64,000 nt of DNA from Candidatus Buchananbacteria bacterium (GTDB taxonomy: Bacteria; Patescibacteriota; Patescibacteriia; Buchananbacterales; UBA6539). Below the pieces are notes generated by a model that had not been told where the DNA came from, searched no databases, and saw only the letters and a program-made list of their open reading frames with translations. Shown piece by piece: positions 55,527 to 64,000 of this stretch (positions are counted from its first letter, which is position 1; every line of letters starts with the position of its first letter). The position numbers and the translations under genes were made by a program. Location of the stretch: the NCBI GenBank assembly GCA_013359225.1, contig JABWCG010000004.1, positions 1,550 through 65,549 of the forward strand, read 5' to 3'.

Positions 55527-57896
55527 ATGTATCTTCATAAGATTGAAATTCAGGGCTTCAAGTCATTTGCCCAAAAAACCGTCATCGAATTTCCACGACC
55601 CGGCTCCGGGTCTCCTTTAATTAAAAACGGTTTGACTCATAAAAATGAACCGCAACTCCCCCAAGGGGTTTGTGGGATTGCTTGTATTGTGGGCCCAAAT
55701 GGTTCGGGTAAGTCTAATATTGTGGACGCCATCCGTTGGGTACTAGGTGAACAAAGCCTGAAAAGTTTACGGGGCAAAAAGTCACAGGATGTTATTTTTG
55801 CTGGTTCAGAGCAAAAGAATAAATTGAGCTTAGCCCAAGTATCGTTGCACGTTAATAATGAAGACGGCGCGATGCCGGTTGATTATCAAGAAGTCGTGGT
55901 GTCACGAAAGATTTTTCGAAATGGCGAAAGTGAATATCGAATTAACAACAGTAAGGTTCGGTTACAAGATGTTTTATTGTTACTTGCCCGGGCCAATTTT
56001 GGGCAAAAGAGCTATAGTATTGTATCGCAGGGTTCCATTGATCAAGTAATCATGGCTAGCCCCAATGAACGCAAAGATTATTTTGATGAAGCGGTCGGCG
56101 TTAAACAGTTTCAGCTTAAGCGTGATCAGTCGTTAAATAAATTGGAGAATGCCTGGAATAATTTACGCCAGGTGGACGCCCTCTTAACTGAAATTACTCC
56201 CCGCCTTAACTCTTTGACGCGTCAGGTCAAGCGGTTGGAGCGCCGGGAAAAAATTGAACATGAATTGCGCGAGATGCAGCAGCAGTATTATGGTTGGATG
56301 CATACGAATCTGGAAAATCAGATCAACGAGTTAAAACCAAAATTACAAACAATTGAACAAGGTCTTAAGAATAAAGAATCAGAACTACGAGAATTACAGC
56401 AGCAGTTGCGTACTTTAGAAAAGCAAGAATCGCGCACTAGCGTTTTTAGCGAACTGCAGCAGAAGTATCAGCAAGCGTTGGAGCAAAAGAACAAGCTTCG
56501 CGAAGAACAGTTGATGCTGCAAAATAAAATTGAAATTGCCAAAAATCGCATTGTTGATAAAGCCGTGGCTATGCCAACCTCCGAAATTATTAGCCGACTA
56601 AAAGAAATTGAAAAGTTGCAGGAAAGTATCGCGACTAATGTGGCGTCAGCCGAGCCGGCCGCCATGGCCCAGGCGCGCGAAGATATCCGAGAGTTGGCTC
56701 GGTTGATTAAAGAATTGGTTAGTCAGCTGGAAAATCCACGCAGCAAAGAGCAGACCAAGGCCGAAGTTGATCCGCAGCTACTTGAAGATTTGCGGGATGT
56801 TGAGAAAGATTTGCAGGCAATTGAGTCCCGAGTGGGTGCCGCACAAAAAGATATTGAGAATTTTAATCAGCAAGAAGAAAAACAGAAAGGGAAATTCTTT
56901 GATCTGCAGCGGCAGATTACCAAATATCAAGACGAATATAACCGCTTTAGCAATGAGGTGTCAGGTCTACGGGTGGAAATGGCTCGGCTAGAAACCAGGC
57001 AGCAAGACCTGCGCTCAGAAATCAAGGAAGAAATGCACGGACTTGATTGGCTAAAAGAATATACTGCTCGTCGGATTGATGAAGCTGAATTGCGGTCGGA
57101 GATGCTTAAACTAAAACGCCAGCTGGAGTTGATTGGCGGCGTGGACCCCGAGACCGTAAAAGAATACGAAGAGACAAAGGAGCGGTTTGATTTTCTAAAT
57201 ACCCAGGCGGAAGATTTGCGTTCGTCCATTAATAGTTTGGAGCAAGTGATTAACGATTTGGATGATAAAATCCAGATTCAGTTTGACCATGCATTCAAGA
57301 GTATTAATCGAGAATTCACTCACTTTTTTAATATACTGTTTGGTGGCGGTAAGGCGGAACTGGTTTTGATTAAGGAAGATGAGGCCGAAAAAGAAAAAAC
57401 CAAGACAGCCGCTTCGGTCGCCGAGAGTGAAAATAGCGAAGATGGTGGTCAGCCAGTTAGCATTTTACAAACTTTAACTGAAGCGGAAGAAAACTTAAGC
57501 CCAAAACGATTTTTGAAGAAGAAGACCGGTAAAGTTATTACCGGCATTGATATTGTTGCCACTCCTCCCGGTAAAAAAGTTTCCTCAATCAATATGCTGT
57601 CTGGCGGCGAGCGCTCGCTTGCCTCAATTGCTTTAATTTGCGCAGTGATTGCCAACAATCCTTCACCGTTTGTAATTTTAGACGAAGTTGACGCGGCATT
57701 AGACGAAGCTAACTCTCAGCGTTTTGCTAAAATTATTTCTGAACTTGAGCATAAGACTCAATTTATCGTGATTACTCACAACCGTGCGACCATGCATCAG
57801 GCCGATATTTTGTATGGTGTGACTATGGGCGAGGATGGCATTTCCAAACTAATCAGCTTGAAACTGGAACAGGCCGAAAAGATTGTTCGACAATAA
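55527..57896 (+). CDS. smc: SMC-family ATPase, short form (789 aa)
   Basis: GFKSFA, GPNGSGKSN, DAIRWVLGE, Q-loop SQG, LSGGE, LDEVDAALD, ITH; coiled-coil centre. Confidence 0.88.
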   Translation: MYLHKIEIQGFKSFAQKTVIEFPRPGSGSPLIKNGLTHKNEPQLPQGVCGIACIVGPNGSGKSNIVDAIRWVLGEQSLKSLRGKKSQDVIFAGSEQKNKLSLAQVSLHVNNEDGAMPVDYQEVVVSRKIFRNGESEYRINNSKVRLQDVLLLLARANFGQKSYSIVSQGSIDQVIMASPNERKDYFDEAVGVKQFQLKRDQSLNKLENAWNNLRQVDALLTEITPRLNSLTRQVKRLERREKIEHELREMQQQYYGWMHTNLENQINELKPKLQTIEQGLKNKESELRELQQQLRTLEKQESRTSVFSELQQKYQQALEQKNKLREEQLMLQNKIEIAKNRIVDKAVAMPTSEIISRLKEIEKLQESIATNVASAEPAAMAQAREDIRELARLIKELVSQLENPRSKEQTKAEVDPQLLEDLRDVEKDLQAIESRVGAAQKDIENFNQQEEKQKGKFFDLQRQITKYQDEYNRFSNEVSGLRVEMARLETRQQDLRSEIKEEMHGLDWLKEYTARRIDEAELRSEMLKLKRQLELIGGVDPETVKEYEETKERFDFLNTQAEDLRSSINSLEQVINDLDDKIQIQFDHAFKSINREFTHFFNILFGGGKAELVLIKEDEAEKEKTKTAASVAESENSEDGGQPVSILQTLTEAEENLSPKRFLKKKTGKVITGIDIVATPPGKKVSSINMLSGGERSLASIALICAVIANNPSPFVILDEVDAALDEANSQRFAKIISELEHKTQFIVITHNRATMHQADILYGVTMGEDGISKLISLKLEQAEKIVRQ

Positions 57897-57949
57897 GCGT
57901 TTTAGCATAACCAGTGATCCGTCGCGATGGCTGGTTCATTTTTTTAAAA

Positions 57950-59953
57950 ATGAAACTAAAGAAAAAATTAAAAATTATTGCCGTTATTCCGGCTCGCTAT
58001 CAGTCATCCCGATTGCCTGGCAAGCCGTTGGCGTTGATTGATGGCAAGCCAATGATTCAGTGGGTCTATGAACGAACCAAGGCTTTTATAGATTTTGAAG
58101 ATGTGATTGTCGCCACTGATGATCGGCGGATATTTGATACAGTGTCGGCTTTCGGTGGCAAAGTTGAAATGACCAGCCCGGGCCACCTAACTGGTACGGA
58201 CCGGGTGGCTGAAGTGGCCGCCAGACATCCGGATGCTGATGTGGTTGTTAATGTGCAGGGTGATCATCCGTTTGTGGACAACAGCTTGTTTGAAAGACTG
58301 ATTGCGCCTTATTTTATGTATAACCCACCGGCGGTAGTAACGCTTGCCAGCCCTTTGGTGCTTAGTGATTTTACCAACGACAATGTGGTAAAAATTGTTT
58401 GTGATAACCGCGGTAGAGCGATTTCATTAACCAGAACATTAATATCCACTGACCAGTATCGGGCTAGTCGGCATATCGGGCTGTATGCCTTTAGGGCTAA
58501 GTCTTTACGTATTTATACAACATTAAAACAAAAACCGTTGGAGCTTGAACGGCACATTGAGATTTTAAGATTTTTAGAATATGGCTACCCCGTTTTGGCT
58601 ATCAGGGTTGAGGATGCCGGGTTAGCGGTCGACACCCCCCATGATTTAATTGCCGCCAATGATTTTGCCAAACAGGTAAAAACTAAAACGATAAAAAGAA
58701 TTATTTGTTGTCAGAGTACTCATGGTTTGTTAGCAGCGTTAGCCGCAGCTAAATTTATTGAATCTAAAACCACCGATCGGGTGGAATATGTAAATTATTT
58801 GGTGGTGTATGGATTAACCTGGCGACTAGACTTAGACGCACGAGACCAGGAAGTATTTTTGATGATTAAGCAGATGGCACAGGCAGTAATGCCGTGGGCA
58901 GCTGTGGCATATCTTTCAAATCGGACGTTTACTGAAGCATTAACTAAAGATTCAACTGTTAATTTAACGCAGCTGATATATAGTATTGTGGGAACCGAAA
59001 GTGCAAACGAAGTTTATCTGTGTCGTAATCGGGATTTTTTTGGTAGCCGGTTGTTACAGGCATACAATTCGGCAACAAAAGTATGTTACGGCGACGGGCT
59101 TGGTATTTACCACGATCAAGATGTTGTGACACACGAGTATTACCGAGAAAGCATTATGCAAAGTCTGGTTACCTTCCGTTGGTGGCGGCTGCTTAAATTG
59201 CTGATTCGCTGGGTTGACGTGTCATTAATCGATCGTGAACGCTTCCAAAATTTAACTTCCGGTTATCCGATTTTAAACAAAGCAAAGATTCGGCCGTATT
59301 ATCGCTATGCGTTTGATTTTGGGTGCTATCTTTTCCCCGATGGCATGGGGTTTGGTTCCGGGGACACTATTAGAAAATATCAATTGTCGCCAGATATCTT
59401 TGTGAAACTTATTGATATGATAGCCCAGTCATTTGATTATAGTTTTTTGGCGGATCTAAAAAATAAAATGATTGGCCGCAATGTGGTAGTATTCTTGTTG
59501 ACTGATTTTTCGCCCGGCCGAGAGCTTCAGCTGGCAGACGAAATCGCTGCTTATGGGGAATTTCTAGATAAAAAAGTTGATAAAAAGTCTTTGGTGCTGC
59601 TTAAGGTTCACCCAAAGACTGAGCAGTATAAAATTGATAAGCTAAAAACGTTTTTTATGCAAAAACACCCGGATGTTATGATGATTGATTACCGGCAATT
59701 TTTATATATGCCGTTTGAAATAGTATTTCAGGCCTTGTTTGCAGATTTGTTGGCTCAAAAAAAATGTAGAGTGCAGCTAGTTGCTTTCCGTACTTCAACG
59801 TTGGGAGTAGCAAAAATTTTTGGTGTTTCTTCGGCCATCGGCTTTGGCTCACAATTGGTGTTAAAATATTTTAACAAATCAAATATTTTGCATCGTCTGT
59901 GGGAAGAACACCTTACGAAAAAAGCCCTCCAAAAGATTATGGAGTCACGGTAA
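57950..59953 (+). CDS. kdsB: Fusion of a CMP-Kdo synthetase-like N-domain and a putative (poly)sialyltransferase-like C-domain
   Basis: IPARYQSSRLPGKPL, VATDD, TGTDR, NVQGD, HIGLYAF, AVDTP; C-domain YGDG and KVHP motifs. Confidence 0.75.
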   Translation: MKLKKKLKIIAVIPARYQSSRLPGKPLALIDGKPMIQWVYERTKAFIDFEDVIVATDDRRIFDTVSAFGGKVEMTSPGHLTGTDRVAEVAARHPDADVVVNVQGDHPFVDNSLFERLIAPYFMYNPPAVVTLASPLVLSDFTNDNVVKIVCDNRGRAISLTRTLISTDQYRASRHIGLYAFRAKSLRIYTTLKQKPLELERHIEILRFLEYGYPVLAIRVEDAGLAVDTPHDLIAANDFAKQVKTKTIKRIICCQSTHGLLAALAAAKFIESKTTDRVEYVNYLVVYGLTWRLDLDARDQEVFLMIKQMAQAVMPWAAVAYLSNRTFTEALTKDSTVNLTQLIYSIVGTESANEVYLCRNRDFFGSRLLQAYNSATKVCYGDGLGIYHDQDVVTHEYYRESIMQSLVTFRWWRLLKLLIRWVDVSLIDRERFQNLTSGYPILNKAKIRPYYRYAFDFGCYLFPDGMGFGSGDTIRKYQLSPDIFVKLIDMIAQSFDYSFLADLKNKMIGRNVVVFLLTDFSPGRELQLADEIAAYGEFLDKKVDKKSLVLLKVHPKTEQYKIDKLKTFFMQKHPDVMMIDYRQFLYMPFEIVFQALFADLLAQKKCRVQLVAFRTSTLGVAKIFGVSSAIGFGSQLVLKYFNKSNILHRLWEEHLTKKALQKIMESR

Positions 59954-59970
59954 ATTGGCCCACTTTTAAG

Positions 59971-61197
59971 CTAAAGGGTAAATATGCCGTCTTTGTAGAT
60001 GGTTTTTTGTTTGCCATTTTTGAGAGTGGCAATTACCTCTCGCTTGGCTGTTGAGATAATGTCGGTGTGGACAGTGCTGTCATTAAAGCCTAAACGTTTC
60101 CAGCCGGCTTTAGTGACTTTAGCCGCCGCACCGTCGTACGCATCGTGGTACGACGCCCCGAGCGCAATGTGAGTGTTGCCGTGCGGGCCGCCGATGTTTT
60201 CATCAAACAAAGTTTCGGCCATAAATTTAGTGATATGAGAAAATCGTTTGTCGGTTAGTGAAAACTCCCCCACCTTATCGGCATTGGGAGTGGCGATCAT
60301 GTTTTTTAAGAGTAACTCATTTTTTTTCGCCTTGCTTTTAATGACGTGGCCGTTTTTGAATTCCAGTTCAATGCCCGTAATTAAGTTGCCGTAGCGGTAG
60401 AGCGGTTGGTTAAATTTAATCCAGCCATTAGTTCCTCGCCAATCCGGCGAGGTAAAAATTTCAAAACTTGGAATGTTGTTTCCACGTCCTCCGAGGAAGC
60501 GGCGTTGGTCACCGATTGTGATATGTAAATCCGTATCCGGACCGACAACATGAACTTTTTTGATTTGTAATTTGTTTAGTTTATTGATGGTAACTTGAAT
60601 TTGTCCGGCGACGGCCTGCCATTTTTTGACTGGTGCGCCGTCGGTCAAAAAGCAGGCCTTGATAATTTGCTGCCAGTATTCTTCTAGGCTTAATCCGGCT
60701 TCGTCCGCCATCGCCTGGGTACCATAGAGCCCAAGCGTCCATGAAAACTTACCTTCGTTTTCTTTTCGTCGTCGCCAGTCTAGGTATGGCTTAAACGCCA
60801 GACCGCGCTGCATAATTTTTTGTGGATCAACTCCTTTAAGAGCGTGTTTGTCCGTTTCGGCGATAATGTAGATCATGTGATCAACCTGGTTGATGAGTCC
60901 GCGCATGTATTGTTTGGGGAAAAACGTCAACTGTTGATCGTTGGCCAGAACATAAAATTCCTTTTCAAATGGATAATCTTTGTCGGAATCAGGCCGGTAA
61001 TCGGTAATCACATGCCCGCCGGATTTCAACACCGCGCGGCGAATTGCCATGAGCAGTGGCTTGGCGGCTTCGCTGATCGTTAAATAGGCTGTCTCGTTTG
61101 GCCTAATCCCCTGGCCTTGATTGAGGGCAAAATTCACCAAGACGTCAGCGTAATTTTCTAAAATTTTGTTTGATGGTGTGTAGATCGTGTGTTTCAT
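59971..61197 (-). CDS. Aminopeptidase, peptidase M29 (AmpS/T) family
   Basis: NIPSFEIFTSP, GEFSL, TLFDEN, HIALG, S.VHTDI. Confidence 0.9.
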   Translation of the reverse strand: MKHTIYTPSNKILENYADVLVNFALNQGQGIRPNETAYLTISEAAKPLLMAIRRAVLKSGGHVITDYRPDSDKDYPFEKEFYVLANDQQLTFFPKQYMRGLINQVDHMIYIIAETDKHALKGVDPQKIMQRGLAFKPYLDWRRRKENEGKFSWTLGLYGTQAMADEAGLSLEEYWQQIIKACFLTDGAPVKKWQAVAGQIQVTINKLNKLQIKKVHVVGPDTDLHITIGDQRRFLGGRGNNIPSFEIFTSPDWRGTNGWIKFNQPLYRYGNLITGIELEFKNGHVIKSKAKKNELLLKNMIATPNADKVGEFSLTDKRFSHITKFMAETLFDENIGGPHGNTHIALGASYHDAYDGAAAKVTKAGWKRLGFNDSTVHTDIISTAKREVIATLKNGKQKTIYKDGIFTL

Positions 61198-61376
61198 AGT
61201 ATTGGTATTATAGCAGTAGATTATCGGCTTGACTATTGGGTTAAAATATGCAAGAATAAAGCAACCTTACCTATCTATTGATAAATAAGGAATAGTCGAC
61301 GCTCGCGGCTCCGGCGATAAAATGGAGCCATTATTAATTCACTAGGTATTTTTTTATACCCTAAAAATATTACCCT

Positions 61377-61751
61377 ATGCTAAAAATTAGATTAGCCCGC
61401 GTGGGCAAGAAGAAACGACCGGCCTATCGATTTATCGTTTCAGAAAGCGCCCGCGACACCTACGGCAAAGCTTTGGAAATTCTTGGGCACTATAACCCCT
61501 TTACCAAAGTAACCGAGGTTAAAAAGGACCGCATTCTCCACTGGATCAGTAAAGGTGCTCAGCTTTCGCCAACGGTTCACAATATGTTGATTGATCAGAA
61601 CGTGATCAAGGCCGAAAAAGTTAAGGCGTCAAAATCAAAGAAGAAAGGCGCTGACGCAGAAAGCACTGCCGCCCCGGCGGCAGCTGAAAAACCGGCTGAG
61701 ACGCCCGCGGCAACTGAAGAAAAAAAGGAAGAAACTCCGGCCGCCTCATAA
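61377..61751 (+). CDS. rpsP: 30S ribosomal protein S16 with Ala/Glu-rich tail
   Basis: MLKIRLARVGKK.RP.YR, EILGHYNP, WISKGAQLSPTV. Confidence 0.96.
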   Translation: MLKIRLARVGKKKRPAYRFIVSESARDTYGKALEILGHYNPFTKVTEVKKDRILHWISKGAQLSPTVHNMLIDQNVIKAEKVKASKSKKKGADAESTAAPAAAEKPAETPAATEEKKEETPAAS

Positions 61752-61776
61752 AAACATAGTTTACGAATATAGTGTT

Positions 61777-61811
61777 AAGCACCTCCGACCAGTAATCGTC
61801 GGAGGTGCTTT
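61777..61811 (+). terminator. rpsP terminator
   Basis: AAGCACCTCCGAC-loop-GTCGGAGGTGCTTT. Confidence 0.75.
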
Positions 61812-61826
61812 GATTTGGCGGTGAAT

Positions 61827-61854
61827 TTGACATTTGTCGGTACTTTGCTACGAT
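61827..61854 (+). promoter_or_regulatory. Sigma70 promoter of the serA leader
   Basis: TTGACA-N16-TACGAT with TGn; predicted start site at about 61861. Confidence 0.65.
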
Positions 61855-61860
61855 AGTGAT

Positions 61861-61950
61861 ATGAAATTCAACCTATTAATGAAATCTTGTCAGTCATCAT
61901 CATTGTCATCAGGCCTCTCAAATTCTGGGGGAAGGTTGGTTTTTACCTAA
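61861..61950 (+). CDS. Serine-rich attenuator leader peptide MKFNLLMKSCQSSSLSSGLSNSGGRLVFT
   Basis: 8 Ser in 29 aa (6 TCA, 2 TCT) directly upstream of a terminator and serA. Confidence 0.8.
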   Translation: MKFNLLMKSCQSSSLSSGLSNSGGRLVFT

Positions 61951-62007
61951 ATATAAAAGCAATTTAGTTAGCAATCAGCCTTTCACCTGTTGAGAGGCTG
62001 ATTTTTT
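61930..62007 (+). promoter_or_regulatory. Attenuator: antiterminator and intrinsic terminator
   Basis: Terminator AATCAGCCTTTCA-CCTGT-TGAGAGGCTGATT-TTTT (61973-62007); GGAAGGTTGGTT (61930-61941) can pair with its 5' arm. Confidence 0.78.
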
Positions 62008-62058
62008 AGCGTCAGAAGCTCTTTTCACTTGTTATCTAACGTTAAGGAGGGTGGTTTG

Positions 62059-63264
62059 ATGAAAGCGTTATTGCTGGATGGTCTTGACGGTGTTGCCGCC
62101 AACATTTTTGAAGCCGCGGGCATTGAAGTGACGCTGGCCAAAACAATTGACCGGCCGGATTTGCTTCGGCAGGTCGGCGCTTACCATTTTTTGGGAGTTC
62201 GCGGTGCGACGAAAATTGACCGTGAATTGCTGGATGCGGCCACCACCTTAGTGGCGGTTGGTCGTGGCGGTGCCGGTATGAACGGCATTGATGTTGACTA
62301 CGCGACGCAGCGGGGTGTAGTGGCGTTTAATACGCCCGGCGCCAACGCTGAGTCGGTGGCTGAATGTGTAATTGGGGTAATACTTGACGCCTTACACCGG
62401 TTGCACAAGGGGTCAACCGGCATGGCGCAGCACACTTGGCTCAAGAAACAGTGCAATGGCAATTCGCTTCGTGGCCGAACCGTCGGCGTTGTCGGTTTCG
62501 GCTATGTCGGCAAGTGGCTGGCCCGGTTGTTGGAACCGTTTGGCGTTCGGGTTTTGTCTTATGACATCAATCCGACAGCTGAACTGCCTTGGGTACCGTT
62601 TGTGCCGCTGCCGGCACTGCTGGCTGAGTCTGATGTCGTCAGTTTGCATTTGCCGCTGACTTCATCAACCCGCGGCCTGGTCAATGCCGACTTTCTAAAT
62701 CAGCTTAAACCCGGCGCGTTACTGGTGAATTTCGCCCGCGGTGAGCTGATTGACGAAGCAGCTGTGGTGGCGGCACTGGCCACTAATCAACTGTTTGGCT
62801 ACGCCACCGACGTATACCCTCAGGAACCGCCAACTGCTGAATACTATGCGGCTAGTCCGTTGTTTAGCCGGCCCGAGCTTTTTACCGATGGTCGACTGAT
62901 TATGACGCCGCATCTCGCAGCCAGTAGCGAAGAAGCACAGCAAACAGTTTCAGAAGCATTGGCCAAGCGCGCCGTCGCCTACCTGAAGGAAGGCAAAATC
63001 CCCTGGGGTGCTAATTTCCCGATTTTCTACCTAGCGAGCGTGGCTGATGCGCGGCTGATTGTTTTTCATCCCGACGAGCAAGGGATGGAAGCAGCGGTCC
63101 TGGGAGAGGTTAAGGGGTTTGCCAACATCGCCGCCAGCATTAATCAGCGCGTCGCACCGGGCGGCGTTGCCTATACCGTGATTGATGTTGACGGTGCACT
63201 TTCTCGTGAACTGATTAATCGGGTCAAGCATCTTCCCGGCGTTATTGCTGTTCATTGTGCTTAA
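62059..63264 (+). CDS. serA: D-3-phosphoglycerate dehydrogenase with C-terminal ACT-like domain
   Basis: SD AAGGAGG; VRGAT, R.GAG..GID, NTPGANAESVAE, GVVGFGYVG, LHLPL, NFARG, DVY..EP, TPHLAASSEEAQ; ACT-like tail. Confidence 0.85.
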   Translation: MKALLLDGLDGVAANIFEAAGIEVTLAKTIDRPDLLRQVGAYHFLGVRGATKIDRELLDAATTLVAVGRGGAGMNGIDVDYATQRGVVAFNTPGANAESVAECVIGVILDALHRLHKGSTGMAQHTWLKKQCNGNSLRGRTVGVVGFGYVGKWLARLLEPFGVRVLSYDINPTAELPWVPFVPLPALLAESDVVSLHLPLTSSTRGLVNADFLNQLKPGALLVNFARGELIDEAAVVAALATNQLFGYATDVYPQEPPTAEYYAASPLFSRPELFTDGRLIMTPHLAASSEEAQQTVSEALAKRAVAYLKEGKIPWGANFPIFYLASVADARLIVFHPDEQGMEAAVLGEVKGFANIAASINQRVAPGGVAYTVIDVDGALSRELINRVKHLPGVIAVHCA

Positions 63265-63322
63265 GGGCATTACGGCTTGTTAATTTGATTAGCAAGCCGT
63301 TTTTATATTGTTACTAATCACG

Positions 63323-63350
63323 TTGACAAATCAAATATTTATGCTATAAT
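63323..63350 (+). promoter_or_regulatory. Consensus sigma70 promoter for khpA
   Basis: TTGACA-N16-TATAAT with TGn. Confidence 0.75.
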
Positions 63351-63499
63351 AGGTATGTTCCTTTCTTAATCCAAGGAACTTTACCAGACTGTTTTTCGAC
63401 AACCATCTTGGTTGTTTGTAAGGTCGGCAGTACTGGTTGCTATCGAAGTAATCGTTTTGTTGGTTAATGCTAATAAAACGAGGAACGAAATCTTGATAT

Positions 63500-63817
63500 A
63501 TGGCTGAAAAGTATTCCGATCAAGAGTTTGTCGAATACGTTGTTAGAGCGATTGTCGCTAATCCTAACGACGTCAAGACAGAGCGCAGCGTTGATGAGAT
63601 GGGTGTGTTAATCACCCTTCATCTTAACCCAGCTGATATGGGTTATGTTATTGGCCGACAGGGCCAAACAGCTCGTGCTATTCGAACCCTGCTTAAAATT
63701 GTAGGTGCTAAGAATAACGCCCGAGTTAACCTAAAGATCCATGAACCAGAAGGTTCACGACGATCTTCAAGATCTGCTGACGCTGACACTTCAGTTGTCG
63801 ACGATCTCAAAATCTAA
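63500..63817 (+). CDS. khpA: KH-domain RNA-binding protein KhpA
   Basis: DMGYVIGRQGQTARAIRTLL; near rpsP. Confidence 0.9.
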   Translation: MAEKYSDQEFVEYVVRAIVANPNDVKTERSVDEMGVLITLHLNPADMGYVIGRQGQTARAIRTLLKIVGAKNNARVNLKIHEPEGSRRSSRSADADTSVVDDLKI

Positions 63818-63831
63818 CCTATTAGATTTTT

Positions 63832-63865
63832 AACAAAACCCCGCCTTTGGGCGGGGTTTTGTTTT
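63832..63865 (+). terminator. Intrinsic terminator
   Basis: AACAAAACCCCGCC-TTTG-GGCGGGGTTTTGTTTT. Confidence 0.85.
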
Positions 63866-63892
63866 AGTTTTATAAAATGATAAGATAAATAA

Positions 63893-64000
63893 ATGACTCA
63901 GCTAACCGAAAATCAACTTGAAACTCCAGTCGCCTTTTTTATCTATCGCCGAGCGAGCCTGACGGCTAAGTCGTTTGCCGCCATCAGTGAGGTTCGACCA
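63893..64000 (+). CDS. Putative GT-A glycosyltransferase, 5' end (partial)
   Basis: MTQLTENQLETPVAFFIYRRASLTAKSFAAISEVRP resembles TPV.F.IFNRP..T..VF..I...P starts. Confidence 0.6.
   Translation, partial: MTQLTENQLETPVAFFIYRRASLTAKSFAAISEVRP

Noticed and set aside
61261-61376. Possible ncRNA (e.g. SRP RNA) upstream of rpsP
   Set aside because: Only a short GGCTCC/GGAGCC hairpin; the SRP domain IV motif is absent

Overview
A 64 kb chromosomal window that looks like a Patescibacteria/CPR (Parcubacteria-like) bacterium. This assignment is inference from a VirB2/TrbC-like pilin array, AT-rich SD-less core gene starts, a GT-C-rich glycosylation locus and a short SMC. The window spans the replication origin (dnaN-dnaA / rpmH-rnpA-yidD-yidC) and many housekeeping genes (ruvB end, galU, yebC, ruvC, PBP1A, rpsT, holA, truD, polA, smc, rpsP, khpA). 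Five observations stand out. (1) A complete tRNA-Ser(CGA) is nested inside the anticodon arm of a second Ser-type tRNA body and clamped by a 13-bp inverted repeat (15208-15426). (2) A candidate ribosome-mediated serine attenuator (probably leaderless Ser-rich peptide plus antiterminator/terminator) precedes serA (61827-62007). (3) Ten clustered pilin paralogues plus a distant eleventh carry ~40-bp identical blocks shared between neighbours and sit next to a lipid-linked glycosylation cluster. (4) A ~4.8 kb Firmicutes-like segment (subtilase with a structured uORF leader, BsuPI-type inhibitor, DUF6076 gene) truncates a host DUF1653 gene and has no mobility genes, so it is either HGT or an assembly/splice chimera. 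(5) Several GC-rich solo genes share a ribosome-binding motif and boxA-like elements. All family calls are by eye from motifs; no database searches or folding programs were run.
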